Positions 8,441-17,551 of a stretch of DNA of 32,000 nucleotides are shown one piece after another; the stretch's first letter is position 1, and the number at the start of each line of letters is the position of its first letter. The notes beneath the pieces are model-generated. The model did no database searches, was not told the origin of the DNA, and worked only from the letters and a program-made list of their open reading frames with translations. This DNA comes from Pyrobaculum aerophilum str. IM2 (GTDB taxonomy: Archaea > Thermoproteota > Thermoprotei > Thermoproteales > Thermoproteaceae). Location: the NCBI RefSeq assembly GCF_000007225.1, contig NC_003364.1, positions 540,001-572,000 of the forward strand. The letters run 5' to 3'. The position numbers and the translations under genes are program-made.

Positions 8441-9640
8441 CTAGTCGTGATGCGCCTCCTCTGCTTTTTGTCCCTTCACTAAGGCCTCAACGTACTTCCT
8501 CCTCTCCTTTTCATATTGATCTGCAGGATACGCCTTTATTTTGGCCAGTATTTTAGGCAATGCCGTGTACTCCATCTCCTCGGGCGGGAGTCTGTGCGGC
8601 TGGAAGGGCCCCATGCGGCGTATATAATCGGCTATCTGAGCGGCGACTTGTCTCACATAGTCAAAGGCCGGGTCGTCGAAGAGATCCACGGCGCCTTCTA
8701 AATAGCCGTCATGTAGTTGAAAGCCCAAGGCGCCTACTTTGGGCGGTCCGTCAAACCTAGTCATCTTGGCGCCAATTGCTATTCTCCTTTCTGGGTCCAC
8801 AGAAATAAAGCGGGCTGGCATTAAGGGCCCCGCGTGGCTCCCCCTCATCCAGCCGTGTACTAAATGCGGGTGCGAAAACGCCTCTAGTATCTCCCCCACA
8901 GCGGGAAGGCCCGACTGGGCTCTTACCATCATAACGGGGTCGTCTTTGCCGACATATCTGCCGGCTATAAGCGACAGCCTCTCCACGCTGTTAGCCGCGG
9001 CGGGGGCGCCGTCCGCCCTTCTAAACACCTTCCTGATTATGTACCTGCCCGTTGTGCCAATGAGGCCCAGTAGGTAGTACGACTCCTCAGGAGTTTTTAA
9101 TAGGTATACCTTGTGCTCAACTACGTCGAGAACTTCGAAAATAAAGCCTTCGTGCATTGAGGGATCAATGACGAGACCCGCGGTGTTGAAGGGGTCTGCG
9201 AACATTTTATACAGCGGGAGGTTGAAAGCACCCGGCTCAGTCTTATCGGCGGCGAAGACCACCAGAGGCTCGCTGGGCCTCTCGTCAAACTCCATCTCCG
9301 CCACCTGCGGGCCCATGCCCCTCACGTTGCCCGAGAAGGCGTCTTTTAACAAGTCCTGGCCGGCGCCGTACAGCTTGTACTTCTTGGCCACTTGTTCAGT
9401 TATCTCCCTGAAGGTCTCCCACGCGAGGCCGTGTATGTCTGGGTTGTCCTCGCCCTTTGTGTGCGTCATTAAAAGAGATATGTCGTCTCCCACGTTGTAC
9501 ACAAAGTAATCGATTATTACCCCCTTTCTCTGGGCCTCTTTTAACTTTGCCGCTGCATATTCAAGCATTTTGGGATGAACGTGCGCGTGTCCTGGGAATC
9601 CGCCCACATCGGCCTTAATTATTGATACAGTGATTTTCAT
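8441..9640 (-). CDS. fbp: Fructose-1,6-bisphosphate aldolase/phosphatase (class V FBPase)
   Basis: The N-terminus MKITVSIIKADVGGFPGHAHVHP is highly characteristic of archaeal FBP aldolase/phosphatase. Length is 399 aa. Confidence 0.92.
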   Translation of the reverse strand: MKITVSIIKADVGGFPGHAHVHPKMLEYAAAKLKEAQRKGVIIDYFVYNVGDDISLLMTHTKGEDNPDIHGLAWETFREITEQVAKKYKLYGAGQDLLKDAFSGNVRGMGPQVAEMEFDERPSEPLVVFAADKTEPGAFNLPLYKMFADPFNTAGLVIDPSMHEGFIFEVLDVVEHKVYLLKTPEESYYLLGLIGTTGRYIIRKVFRRADGAPAAANSVERLSLIAGRYVGKDDPVMMVRAQSGLPAVGEILEAFSHPHLVHGWMRGSHAGPLMPARFISVDPERRIAIGAKMTRFDGPPKVGALGFQLHDGYLEGAVDLFDDPAFDYVRQVAAQIADYIRRMGPFQPHRLPPEEMEYTALPKILAKIKAYPADQYEKERRKYVEALVKGQKAEEAHHD

Positions 9641-9646
9641 GGTCTT

Positions 9647-10147
9647 ATGGGTTCCTTCTATTTAAAAATATTCGCTAAAATAAGTGTGAGTATTGACTAT
9701 GTCGAAATAACCGGAGTCTACTCAAAAGTACAGGAGTTTTACAGAAGGTTATCGCTTAATAGCATTATTTATAGATTTTTACACCCCATAGCAGATCCCC
9801 TATATGTCTATAAATATTTATGGAGTCGTGGTTGTATGACTTTTTTAATTTATTATGAAAATAAAGATGTAGGGCTATTAGACATTACCCCTTGTGGCGA
9901 AGGGGTCGAGGTGGCGATTGTTATAGCAGATGCCTATCAAGGAAAGGGGCTAGGCAAGGCCGTGGCTTTGGACTTCGCCCCGAGGCTCTGGAAAATGGGA
10001 TTTAAATACGCCTTTGCTTACATAATGCCCGAAAATTACAAGGCGTTGTCTATTGCCAAAAAGCTAGGCGCCGAGGTGAGGTGTAGAGATATATGTATAG
10101 CGATTTATAGACTAGGCAAAGAGGGGGAGATATGTCAGAGGGCGTAA
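9647..10147 (+). CDS. GNAT-family N-acetyltransferase (Pat-like)
   Basis: Carries the acetyl-CoA motif YQGKGLGKAV and an N-terminal FYRRLSLNSIIYRF resembling the LS.eS.yyRF motif of Pat-type protein acetyltransferases. The start is uncertain, either ATG 9647 or GTG 9686. Confidence 0.65.
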   Translation: MGSFYLKIFAKISVSIDYVEITGVYSKVQEFYRRLSLNSIIYRFLHPIADPLYVYKYLWSRGCMTFLIYYENKDVGLLDITPCGEGVEVAIVIADAYQGKGLGKAVALDFAPRLWKMGFKYAFAYIMPENYKALSIAKKLGAEVRCRDICIAIYRLGKEGEICQRA

Positions 10148-10163
10148 AGTTTATATAGCTGAC
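10148..10163 (+). promoter_or_regulatory. TATA/BRE-like promoter element (agtttatatagctgac) upstream of carA
   Basis: The tttatata centre at about 10154 places a transcription start near the ATG at 10178. An identical 16-mer recurs at 24515-24530 upstream of tmk. Confidence 0.45.
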
Positions 10164-10212
10164 AGATTTGGCTATCGATGTCTAAGGGGCGAATAATAGG
10201 GGGTTTCTCGTA

Positions 10213-11253
10213 TTGGAAGACGGGTCGGTATTTGCAGGGCGTTTAATAGGCGCTGAGAAAATAGCAGTGGGCGAGGTGGTATTCACGACTTCAGTCGTCG
10301 GCTATCCTCAGACGCTGACTGATCCAAGCTATAAGGGGCAGATAATCACTTTTACAATGCCGCTTATAGGCAACTACGGCGTATCTGAGGATCAGCTGGA
10401 GTCAGATGGGATTAAGGCCGAGGGCGTGGTCTTGTTTGAGGCCACATTTCCAAGCCATTATAAGTCAGTTATGTCGCTCGAGGAGTGGCTTGCGTCGTCG
10501 GGCGTGCCGGGCGTCGCCAGAGTGGATACAAGGGCGTTAGTGCAGATGTTGAGAGAACACGGAGTAATGATGGGCGCCATCGGCCCGGAGGATCCCGCCG
10601 TCTTGATGGAGGCTCTGCGCAAGTCTCCGCATTATGAAGATGTGGTTTATGTGGACATGGTGTCTGTAAAAGAGCCTGTGTTGCTGGGAGAGGGCAGGCT
10701 GTGTATCGGCGTTGTTGACTGCGGCGTGAAGAGGTCAATTGTGAGGGAGTTTTTAAAGAGGGGGGTGAGGGTGAAGCTGGTGCCGTGCCGCCGCACTGAG
10801 CTCGCGTTTGACTGCGACGCGCTGTTTATTAGCAACGGGCCGGGGAACCCCAAGCTGTTGGACTTCCTGTCTGCCAAGGTGTCTGAGTATGTGGAGTATA
10901 AAAAACCGCTTATGGGGATATGCCTAGGCCATCAAGTTATTGCAATGGCATTAGGCGCCGGGATTTATAAACTTAAATTCGGACACCGCGCGAGTAATAA
11001 GCCTGTGAGGGATATTCGCTTCACTGGGAGGACTTACATCACTACTCATAACCACGGCTACGCCGTTGATCCCAGGGGGACTGATCTCAAGGTGTGGGCT
11101 GTTCAGCCCGACGACGGGACTGTGGAGGGGCTCTATCACGAGCGCCTCCCCATTCTGACCACGCAGTGGCATCCCGAGGCGTCGCCGGGGCCTCAAGACA
11201 CAAGATGGGTTTTTGACAAATTCCTCAAGCTAGTGGAGAGACATGGACATTAA
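10213..11253 (+). CDS. carA: Carbamoyl-phosphate synthase small (glutaminase) subunit
   Basis: Shows LEDGSVFAG...VFTTSVVGYPQTLTDPSYKGQI and the GATase catalytic GICLGHQ and HNHGY motifs. The TTG start at 10213 is doubtful (see findings): conserved upstream residues GFLVL are in frame but have no start codon. Confidence 0.9.
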   Translation: MEDGSVFAGRLIGAEKIAVGEVVFTTSVVGYPQTLTDPSYKGQIITFTMPLIGNYGVSEDQLESDGIKAEGVVLFEATFPSHYKSVMSLEEWLASSGVPGVARVDTRALVQMLREHGVMMGAIGPEDPAVLMEALRKSPHYEDVVYVDMVSVKEPVLLGEGRLCIGVVDCGVKRSIVREFLKRGVRVKLVPCRRTELAFDCDALFISNGPGNPKLLDFLSAKVSEYVEYKKPLMGICLGHQVIAMALGAGIYKLKFGHRASNKPVRDIRFTGRTYITTHNHGYAVDPRGTDLKVWAVQPDDGTVEGLYHERLPILTTQWHPEASPGPQDTRWVFDKFLKLVERHGH

Positions 11254-14200
11254 GAAAATCTTAGTGATAGGCTCTGGGGCTATAAAAGTAGCGGAGGCCG
11301 CTGAGTTTGACTACTCCGGCTCGCAGGCATTAAAGGCGTTTAGAGAAGAGGGGATTAAGACTGTATTAGTTAACCCCAACATCGCCACTATACAGACTTC
11401 TAAATTCTTGGCGGACAGAGTATATTTCATCCCAATACAAAGACAATTCCTCGCAGAGGTGATTGAACAGGAGAGGCCTGACGCTATTGCGTGCGGCTTC
11501 GGCGGCCAGACAGCCCTCTCGGCTTGTGTCGACCTCGACGAGGCTGGCGTGTTGGAGAAATACGGCGTGAGAGTTGTCGGCACGCCGGTGAGGGGTATTA
11601 AAAGGGCGCTGTCCCGCGATTTGTTCCAAAAGGCCATGAGAGAGGCGGGAATACCAGTGCCTCCCAGTAGCCCCGCCAAGTCCCCAGAGGAGGCAATAGA
11701 AATTGCTAGGTATCTCGGCTATCCTGTTGTTGTAAGAGTTAGTTTCAATTTGGGAGGCGCTGGGGCCTTTGTGGCGCGGAGCGAGGAGGCTTTAAAGGCT
11801 AGGATATACAAGGCCTTTGCCCAATCCGCCATAGGGGAAGTTCTGGTGGAGAAGTACCTAGAGGGGTGGAAGGAGATAGAGTTCGAAGTGGTTAGAGACG
11901 CCTATGATAACGTCGCCGCGGTGGTGTGCATGGAAAATATCGACCCTATGGGCGTGCATACTGGGGACTCAATAGTAGTGGCGCCGTGCCTCACTTTAAC
12001 TGACGAGGAGTATCAAACGGCGCGTAATATCTCCATAGGCGTAGTGAGGACAATTGAGCTTATTGGAGAGGGGAACGTACAAGTCGCCATTAATTACGCC
12101 GGGCCTGAGCAATACGCCATTGAGACAAACCCGCGCATGTCCAGATCCAGCGCCTTGGCGTCTAAAGCGTCGGGATATCCCTTAGCCTATATAGCGGCTA
12201 AACTGGCCCTGGGCTACCGCCTAGATGAGGTGTTAAACCAAGTGACTAGGCGCACTGTGGCCTCTTTTGAGCCCGCGCTTGATTACATTGTGGTGAAACA
12301 CCCAAGGTGGGAGAGCGACCGCTTCGGCGTTACCGAGGGCCTAGGCCCCGAGATGATGTCAATAGGCGAGGCCATGGGCATAGGGCGGACGTTAGAAGAG
12401 GCGTGGCAAAAGGCCGTTAGAATGATTGACATAGGAGAGCCCGGCCTAGTGGGAGGCCCGATGTTTCAAAGCCTGACGCTGGAGGAGGCCTTGAAGTGTA
12501 TAAAAGACTACGTGCCGTACTGGCCTATATGCGCCGCCAAGGCTATATACCTCGGCGTATCAGTTGAGGAGATATATAAAATAAACAAAGTGGATAAGTT
12601 CTTCCTCAACGCCATAAAAAGAATTGTCGACGTCTATAAGAGGCTTGAGGCGGGCGAAGTTGACTTAGACGAGGCTAAGGTATTGGGCTTTTCCGACTGG
12701 CAGATAGCAAAGGCTCTGGGCAAATCTGTGGACGAGATTAGGGCTATGAGGAGGCGCCCCGTGGTTAAAAAAATCGATACCTTGGCCGGGGAGTGGCCCG
12801 CAGACACTAACTACCTATACCTCACATACGGAGGCCAATATGACGACAAAACGCCCGGCGTTGATTATTTAGTGGTGGGGGCCGGCGTGTTTAGAATAGG
12901 CGTCAGCGTCGAATTCGACTGGTCGACAGTGACCTTGGCCACAGAGCTGAAAAACAGAGGATACCGCGTTGCCATTCTGAACTACAACCCGGAGACTGTG
13001 TCTACAGACTGGGATATTGTGGATAAGCTCTATTTTGACGAAATCTCCGTGGAAAGAGTGCTCGACATAGTTGAAAAAGAGGGGAACGGCGTGACTGTGG
13101 TATTATACGCCGGCGGCCAAATAGGGCAGAGGCTTTACGTGCCGCTGGAAAAAGTCGGCGTTAAAATAGGCGGCACGAGGGCCAAGTCGATAGACATGGC
13201 TGAGGACAGGGGTAAATTTTCAAAACTCCTTGACAGACTCGGCATAAAACAGCCGCCTTGGCTATACGCCGCCAGCGTTGAGGAGGCTGTAAAACTAGCA
13301 GAGGGGCTGGGCTTCCCCGTTCTATTAAGGCCCAGTTACGTCCTGGGGGGTACGTATATGGCCGTGGCTTACAATAAGGAGGAGTTGATAAACTTCCTCA
13401 GCAAGGCTGCTAAAGTCAGCGGCGAGTACCCCGTGGTGATTTCCAAGTTCATGCCGAGGGGCATTGAGGCGGAGGTCGACGCTGTATCAGACGGAGTTAA
13501 GATAGTGGCGACTCCCATTGAGCATATAGAGCCCCCTGGAGTGCACTCCGGAGACTCCACTATGGTTCTGCCCCCGAGGAGGCTGGAGGAGTGGGCTGTT
13601 AAGAAAATGATAGACATAGCCCACACCCTGGCCGTAGAGCTAGAGGTTAAGGGCCCGTTAAACGTCCAGTTTATAGTACAAGACGATGTATACGTAATAG
13701 AGGCGAATTTGCGCGTAAGCCGCTCAATGCCCTTAGTCAGCAAGGCTACGGGGGTTAATTACATGTCGCTAGTAGCCGATGTGTTGACACACGGCCGCCT
13801 CGCAGTTGACGAAGAGAGAATTACGCTCAAGCCTTCAAAGTGGTGGGTTAAATCCCCACAGTTCTCTTGGGCAAGGCTTAGGGGGGCTTACCCCAGGCTG
13901 GGCCCCGTTATGTACAGCACGGGGGAAGTGGCCTCTAACGGCTCGGTCTTTGAAGAGGCGTTGTTAAAAAGCTGGCTGTCTGCAACTCCCAACAAAATCC
14001 CCTCCAAGACAGCCCTTATATACACGTACGACCCGCACCACGAGGAGTTGTTAAGACAGGCGGCCGGCCTCCTATCGTGGAGGCTTGAAATTTACACCCC
14101 TGAACAGCTGGGGGGTAAAATTGCCGAGATGTTAAAATGGAGGAAAATAGACATCGTAATGACCGCCGGCATCACTCCGGAAAAAGATTTCCACGTCAGG

Positions 14201-14317
14201 AGGACAGCCGCCGACACTAATACGCCGCTGGTGTTGGACTCGACGCTGGCAGTGGAGCTGGCTAAGGCCTTTAACTGGTATTACAAAAACGGCAAGTTAG
14301 AGGTCGCCCCGTGGTGA
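11243..14317 (+). CDS. carB: Carbamoyl-phosphate synthase large subunit
   Basis: The 1024-aa protein has duplicated ATP-grasp halves (IETNPRMSRSSALASKASGYPLA; EANLRVSRSMPLVSKATGV). It overlaps carA by 11 nt. Confidence 0.95.
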   Translation: MDIKKILVIGSGAIKVAEAAEFDYSGSQALKAFREEGIKTVLVNPNIATIQTSKFLADRVYFIPIQRQFLAEVIEQERPDAIACGFGGQTALSACVDLDEAGVLEKYGVRVVGTPVRGIKRALSRDLFQKAMREAGIPVPPSSPAKSPEEAIEIARYLGYPVVVRVSFNLGGAGAFVARSEEALKARIYKAFAQSAIGEVLVEKYLEGWKEIEFEVVRDAYDNVAAVVCMENIDPMGVHTGDSIVVAPCLTLTDEEYQTARNISIGVVRTIELIGEGNVQVAINYAGPEQYAIETNPRMSRSSALASKASGYPLAYIAAKLALGYRLDEVLNQVTRRTVASFEPALDYIVVKHPRWESDRFGVTEGLGPEMMSIGEAMGIGRTLEEAWQKAVRMIDIGEPGLVGGPMFQSLTLEEALKCIKDYVPYWPICAAKAIYLGVSVEEIYKINKVDKFFLNAIKRIVDVYKRLEAGEVDLDEAKVLGFSDWQIAKALGKSVDEIRAMRRRPVVKKIDTLAGEWPADTNYLYLTYGGQYDDKTPGVDYLVVGAGVFRIGVSVEFDWSTVTLATELKNRGYRVAILNYNPETVSTDWDIVDKLYFDEISVERVLDIVEKEGNGVTVVLYAGGQIGQRLYVPLEKVGVKIGGTRAKSIDMAEDRGKFSKLLDRLGIKQPPWLYAASVEEAVKLAEGLGFPVLLRPSYVLGGTYMAVAYNKEELINFLSKAAKVSGEYPVVISKFMPRGIEAEVDAVSDGVKIVATPIEHIEPPGVHSGDSTMVLPPRRLEEWAVKKMIDIAHTLAVELEVKGPLNVQFIVQDDVYVIEANLRVSRSMPLVSKATGVNYMSLVADVLTHGRLAVDEERITLKPSKWWVKSPQFSWARLRGAYPRLGPVMYSTGEVASNGSVFEEALLKSWLSATPNKIPSKTALIYTYDPHHEELLRQAAGLLSWRLEIYTPEQLGGKIAEMLKWRKIDIVMTAGITPEKDFHVRRTAADTNTPLVLDSTLAVELAKAFNWYYKNGKLEVAPW

Positions 14318-15105
14318 CGCTCGTATACGACGTGGTAAGAGAAGAGGAAAAAGCCCTTATTAGAGCTGCCGAGAGAATAGGCATGTCCTTAAAGACCGTG
14401 AGAATTGGCGACGTCGTTGATATAGATGGGTGGGAGCCTGACGTATATCTCATAAGGACTCTGAGCCACAATAAGGGCATAATCGCCGCGGCGGTAGTGG
14501 AGGGCAACGGAGGCATTGCGGTGAATTCGGCTCACGCCATAGCCACTAGCTGGAACAAAGCTGTGACTCTGGCGATGTTAAAAAACGGCGGCTTGCCGGT
14601 GCCAAAAACCCAAGTGCTATTCGGCGACTCCGACGTGGAAATCAAGGGCCGCGCCATTATAAAAGTCGCCAGCGGTAGCTGGGGGCGCAAAGTCGCCCTC
14701 GTGACGTCCACAGAAGAGGCCAAGCTCCTCTTGAAATCCGCCGAAAATGAGGTGTTTTTACTACAAGAGGTAATAGGCACGGGCGAGGACATTAGAGTCT
14801 TCGTTATAGGGGAGAGGGCTGTGGCGGCTATGAGGAGAATACCTCCCCAAGGGGACTGGAGGAGCAACGCGGCAAGAGGCGGGGTAACGCTACCGCAGAA
14901 AATTGACGGCGAGTTGGAAGAACTGGCCGTAAAGGCCGCCAAATCAGTAGGCGCGTTTTACGCCGGCGTAGACATTCTAGTTGGCGACAGGTTATATGTC
15001 AACGAAGTCAACGGCATACCTGAGTTCAAAGCCCTTATGAAGACCACGGGGGTTGACGTGGCCAGACTTCTATTAGAGGCTCTGGAACGCGTTAGAAAAG
15101 CGTGA
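14311..15105 (+). CDS. lysX: RimK/LysX-family ATP-grasp ligase (LysX/ArgX-like, amino-group carrier protein ligase)
   Basis: It aligns by eye over its full length to Thermus LysX (LVYDVVREEEKALI..., GSWGR, DIRVFVIGERAVAAMRR, WRSNAARGG, NEVNGIPEFK). Its GTG start overlaps the carB stop by 7 nt. Confidence 0.75.
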   Translation: MVTLVYDVVREEEKALIRAAERIGMSLKTVRIGDVVDIDGWEPDVYLIRTLSHNKGIIAAAVVEGNGGIAVNSAHAIATSWNKAVTLAMLKNGGLPVPKTQVLFGDSDVEIKGRAIIKVASGSWGRKVALVTSTEEAKLLLKSAENEVFLLQEVIGTGEDIRVFVIGERAVAAMRRIPPQGDWRSNAARGGVTLPQKIDGELEELAVKAAKSVGAFYAGVDILVGDRLYVNEVNGIPEFKALMKTTGVDVARLLLEALERVRKA

Positions 15106-16072
15106 AGAGCTTGTCCGCCACAAACGGCTTTGTGTACATCTTCTCGCCTATTCTAAGCAGAAATTCTCTCGGCGGCACCACTTCGCCAATTACGGCGTAG
15201 GGCACCCCCAAGTTTTCAAGTCTGCTCTCAGCCTCTCTCACTCTGTCCCTAGGCACTGCCGCGAGGAGCACGCCGGAGCTTAGAGTCTCCAGGGGATCAA
15301 TGCCAAAGGCTTTGCACAACGCCTCCACTTCCCGATACACTACTACCCTACCCCGGTCCACGACTATTGAGACGCCCGAGGCGTAGGCCATTTCGGCGAG
15401 TCCGTTGGCGATACCACCCTCAGTGGGGTCGTGCATGGCGGTGGCTATATCTGCGAGGGCCAGCGCCTCCTTCACTACGGACACCTCCAGCGCAAGGCCT
15501 TCAGCCTTTTTAAGAGTGTCGGCGCCTATCCCCCTTTTAAGCGCCTCCTCTCGGAAGTCTGTGGCCAGTATAGAAGCCGCCTCCTGCCCCGCGGATTTAG
15601 TCATAATAACAACGTCGCCTGGCCTAGCGCCGGCTGTAGTAACATAACGCTGCCCTAGGCCCATAGCCGTCACCACTGCGACAGGTCTAGTCACAGCAGT
15701 TGTCACCTCAGTGTGGCCTCCAGTCACCGCTACGCCCAGTCTCTTTGCCGCCTCGTCAATTTGCCTAGTTATTACGTCGACGTCCTCTTCCCGCGCGCTA
15801 GGCGGCAATAAAAGCGCCACTGAGAGCCACATTGGCTCTATCCCTCTCACTGCTATGTCGTTAGTGGGGACGTAGACAGCTAAATAGCCTATAAGTCTTG
15901 TGGAGCCAGTTACGGGGTCTGTGTGTACCGCGAGGTATTTATCGCCTGACAGTCTAATAATAGCGGCGTCTTCCCCTACCGCGGGATTCACCAATACCTC
16001 GTCTCTAAAAGCGCCGCGCCTGCTCAAAACAAGTCGCTGTAATACCTCTGGGGGCAGTTTTCCGAGATGCAT
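15092..16072 (-). CDS. AIR-synthase-related protein (PurM superfamily, HypE/ThiL-like)
   Basis: GKLPPEVLQRLV...VGEDAAII...HTDPVTG...NDIAVRGIEPMW is the PurM-superfamily N-domain pattern, followed by an AIRS_C-like C-terminal half. Length is 326 aa. Confidence 0.7.
   Translation of the reverse strand: MHLGKLPPEVLQRLVLSRRGAFRDEVLVNPAVGEDAAIIRLSGDKYLAVHTDPVTGSTRLIGYLAVYVPTNDIAVRGIEPMWLSVALLLPPSAREEDVDVITRQIDEAAKRLGVAVTGGHTEVTTAVTRPVAVVTAMGLGQRYVTTAGARPGDVVIMTKSAGQEAASILATDFREEALKRGIGADTLKKAEGLALEVSVVKEALALADIATAMHDPTEGGIANGLAEMAYASGVSIVVDRGRVVVYREVEALCKAFGIDPLETLSSGVLLAAVPRDRVREAESRLENLGVPYAVIGEVVPPREFLLRIGEKMYTKPFVADKLFTLF
16018..16065 (+). repeat. 48-bp direct repeat, copy 1 (inside codons 3-19 of the AIR-synthase-related gene)
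   Basis: 46/48 identical to 18818-18865, with a 34-bp perfect core agtcgctgtaatacctctgggggcagttttccga. The offset is exactly 2800 bp. Confidence 0.95.
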
Positions 16073-16098
16073 AATAACTCCCTTTTTCCAATAGTTAA

Positions 16099-16974
16099 AT
16101 GGTTGACCTCAGCGGCACTTGGATAAAGCCAGACGACTTGGGCATAGTTGCGTCTGTACACGAGGCTGTAATACGCGAGTTCGGCAAAAAGGCGCTTCAA
16201 TATACCGATACGGCGGGAGCCCCTGAGCCCAGGGAGGAGCTTAAGAAGTTGTTAATGCGCCTCGGCTTTACTAAACACGAAGTGTTTTTCACAGCCAGCC
16301 TTGCGGACAGTCTGAGAATTATCGCAGACGTTCACTTAGACGAGGGGGATTGTATATTGCCTGAGGATCCCACGCAGAGAGAGGTAATTATATACGCGAA
16401 ATGCGGCAGGCCTAAGGCAGTTTATATACAGCCCTTTTGGAGAAATCCAGACGGATATATTTACCAGCCGAGTGAGTTGAAAAAAGCCGCGGACTCCGCG
16501 CCTCTGGCAATTTACGACTTGACCTACGGCTTATTAGAGGGGGAGATCCCGTACGTCCCCGAAATGGCAGTGGCTGTGGGGGCCTTGGACGTTTTATTCC
16601 CAGGGCTACAGCTGGCCTTTGTGGCAGTGCCGCAGAGCCTAGCGCAGTATTATATAAACAGAATAGAGGCGGCGTACCTGCACCCGCCGACATATATGCA
16701 GTATTTATTCTACGCCGTGATAAACACGGGGGCCGCCTACGCAATTCTCAAGATGTTAAAGAGGCGCCAGGAGGTGGTGAAAGAACGCTTAGAGGCCGCG
16801 ACAACTCCCTATTTCGCGTGGACTAAGCGCGGCAAGGCAATTTTTTTAAGACACGGCGCACTGCCGGGTAGTGAGTTCTCCTGGAGGGGCCAGTTCGGGG
16901 AGTACGTTAGACTGGGCCTCACTTCTGCGACAGAGGAAGAGCTCGCCGACTTCCTATCCGAAATTCCTGTCTAA
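16099..16974 (+). CDS. Truncated, divergent fold-type-I aminotransferase-like protein lacking the canonical PLP lysine
   Basis: [17 protein letters not shown] resembles yv.PsfqNPtG of ARO8/LysN-type aminotransferases. The expected GSFSKtlaPGLRLGy position reads [14 protein letters not shown], with no Lys. At 291 aa it is shorter than the usual 380-400. Confidence 0.5.
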   Translation: MVDLSGTWIKPDDLGIVASVHEAVIREFGKKALQYTDTAGAPEPREELKKLLMRLGFTKHEVFFTASLADSLRIIADVHLDEGDCILPEDPTQREVIIYAKCGRPKAVYIQPFWRNPDGYIYQPSELKKAADSAPLAIYDLTYGLLEGEIPYVPEMAVAVGALDVLFPGLQLAFVAVPQSLAQYYINRIEAAYLHPPTYMQYLFYAVINTGAAYAILKMLKRRQEVVKERLEAATTPYFAWTKRGKAIFLRHGALPGSEFSWRGQFGEYVRLGLTSATEEELADFLSEIPV

Positions 16975-16987
16975 GAATTTTAAAGTT

Positions 16988-17551
16988 GTGGCAATTGCAG
17001 AGAGCTTTCAGCTAAGTGACGGATACTCTGTATATGCAGGAGTTAGGGCTAGGCGCGACGGAGTGGTTGAAGACGCGGCGTTTGCGCTGGCGAAAATAGG
17101 CGGCACAGACGGCACCTCCGCGGCTTCTAAGATCTTAGAGGCGTTACTCCGCCGCGATGTAAGCCTCGTCATGTTAGACGGCTGCATAGTCTCCTTCTAC
17201 AACTGGGTTGACGGGGAGGCCCTATACGCCAAGTTTAAAAAACCTGTGGCGTGTTACGTATTTGAAGAGCCTGAGGGCCGGGTGGAGGAGGCGGTGAGAA
17301 AACTATTTACAGATTGGGAGGTAAGAATTGAGGCGATAAAAAAGCTGGGCCCCCCAACTGTTTATTACACAAAGAGCGGCTATAAAATATACATTCGAGC
17401 CTGGGGGATAGATCCAGTCGACGCGGGGAGGGCGGCAGAGTACTGCACAGGTTTCGGAAAAATCCCAGAGCCCCTCCGCGTTGCTAAAATCATCGCCGGG
17501 GCCGCGAGGCAATTTTTAAAAACTTTAGGGAAATTCCGGTTTTTATGGTAA
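16988..17551 (+). CDS. DUF99/UPF0215-family protein (endonuclease V-like fold)
   Basis: AIAESFQ...[16 protein letters not shown]...[15 protein letters not shown]...[12 protein letters not shown] is consistent with DUF99 family conservation. I chose the GTG at 16988 because the longer ORF (from 16871) overlaps the previous gene with low-complexity sequence. Confidence 0.55.
   Translation: MAIAESFQLSDGYSVYAGVRARRDGVVEDAAFALAKIGGTDGTSAASKILEALLRRDVSLVMLDGCIVSFYNWVDGEALYAKFKKPVACYVFEEPEGRVEEAVRKLFTDWEVRIEAIKKLGPPTVYYTKSGYKIYIRAWGIDPVDAGRAAEYCTGFGKIPEPLRVAKIIAGAARQFLKTLGKFRFLW

Noticed and set aside
16871-16987. Long N-terminal extension of the DUF99 ORF overlapping the preceding gene by about 100 nt
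   Set aside because: The Ser/Gly/Pro-rich translation has no family similarity and is an alternative frame of the aminotransferase-like gene's 3' end. DUF99 homology starts near the GTG at 16988.
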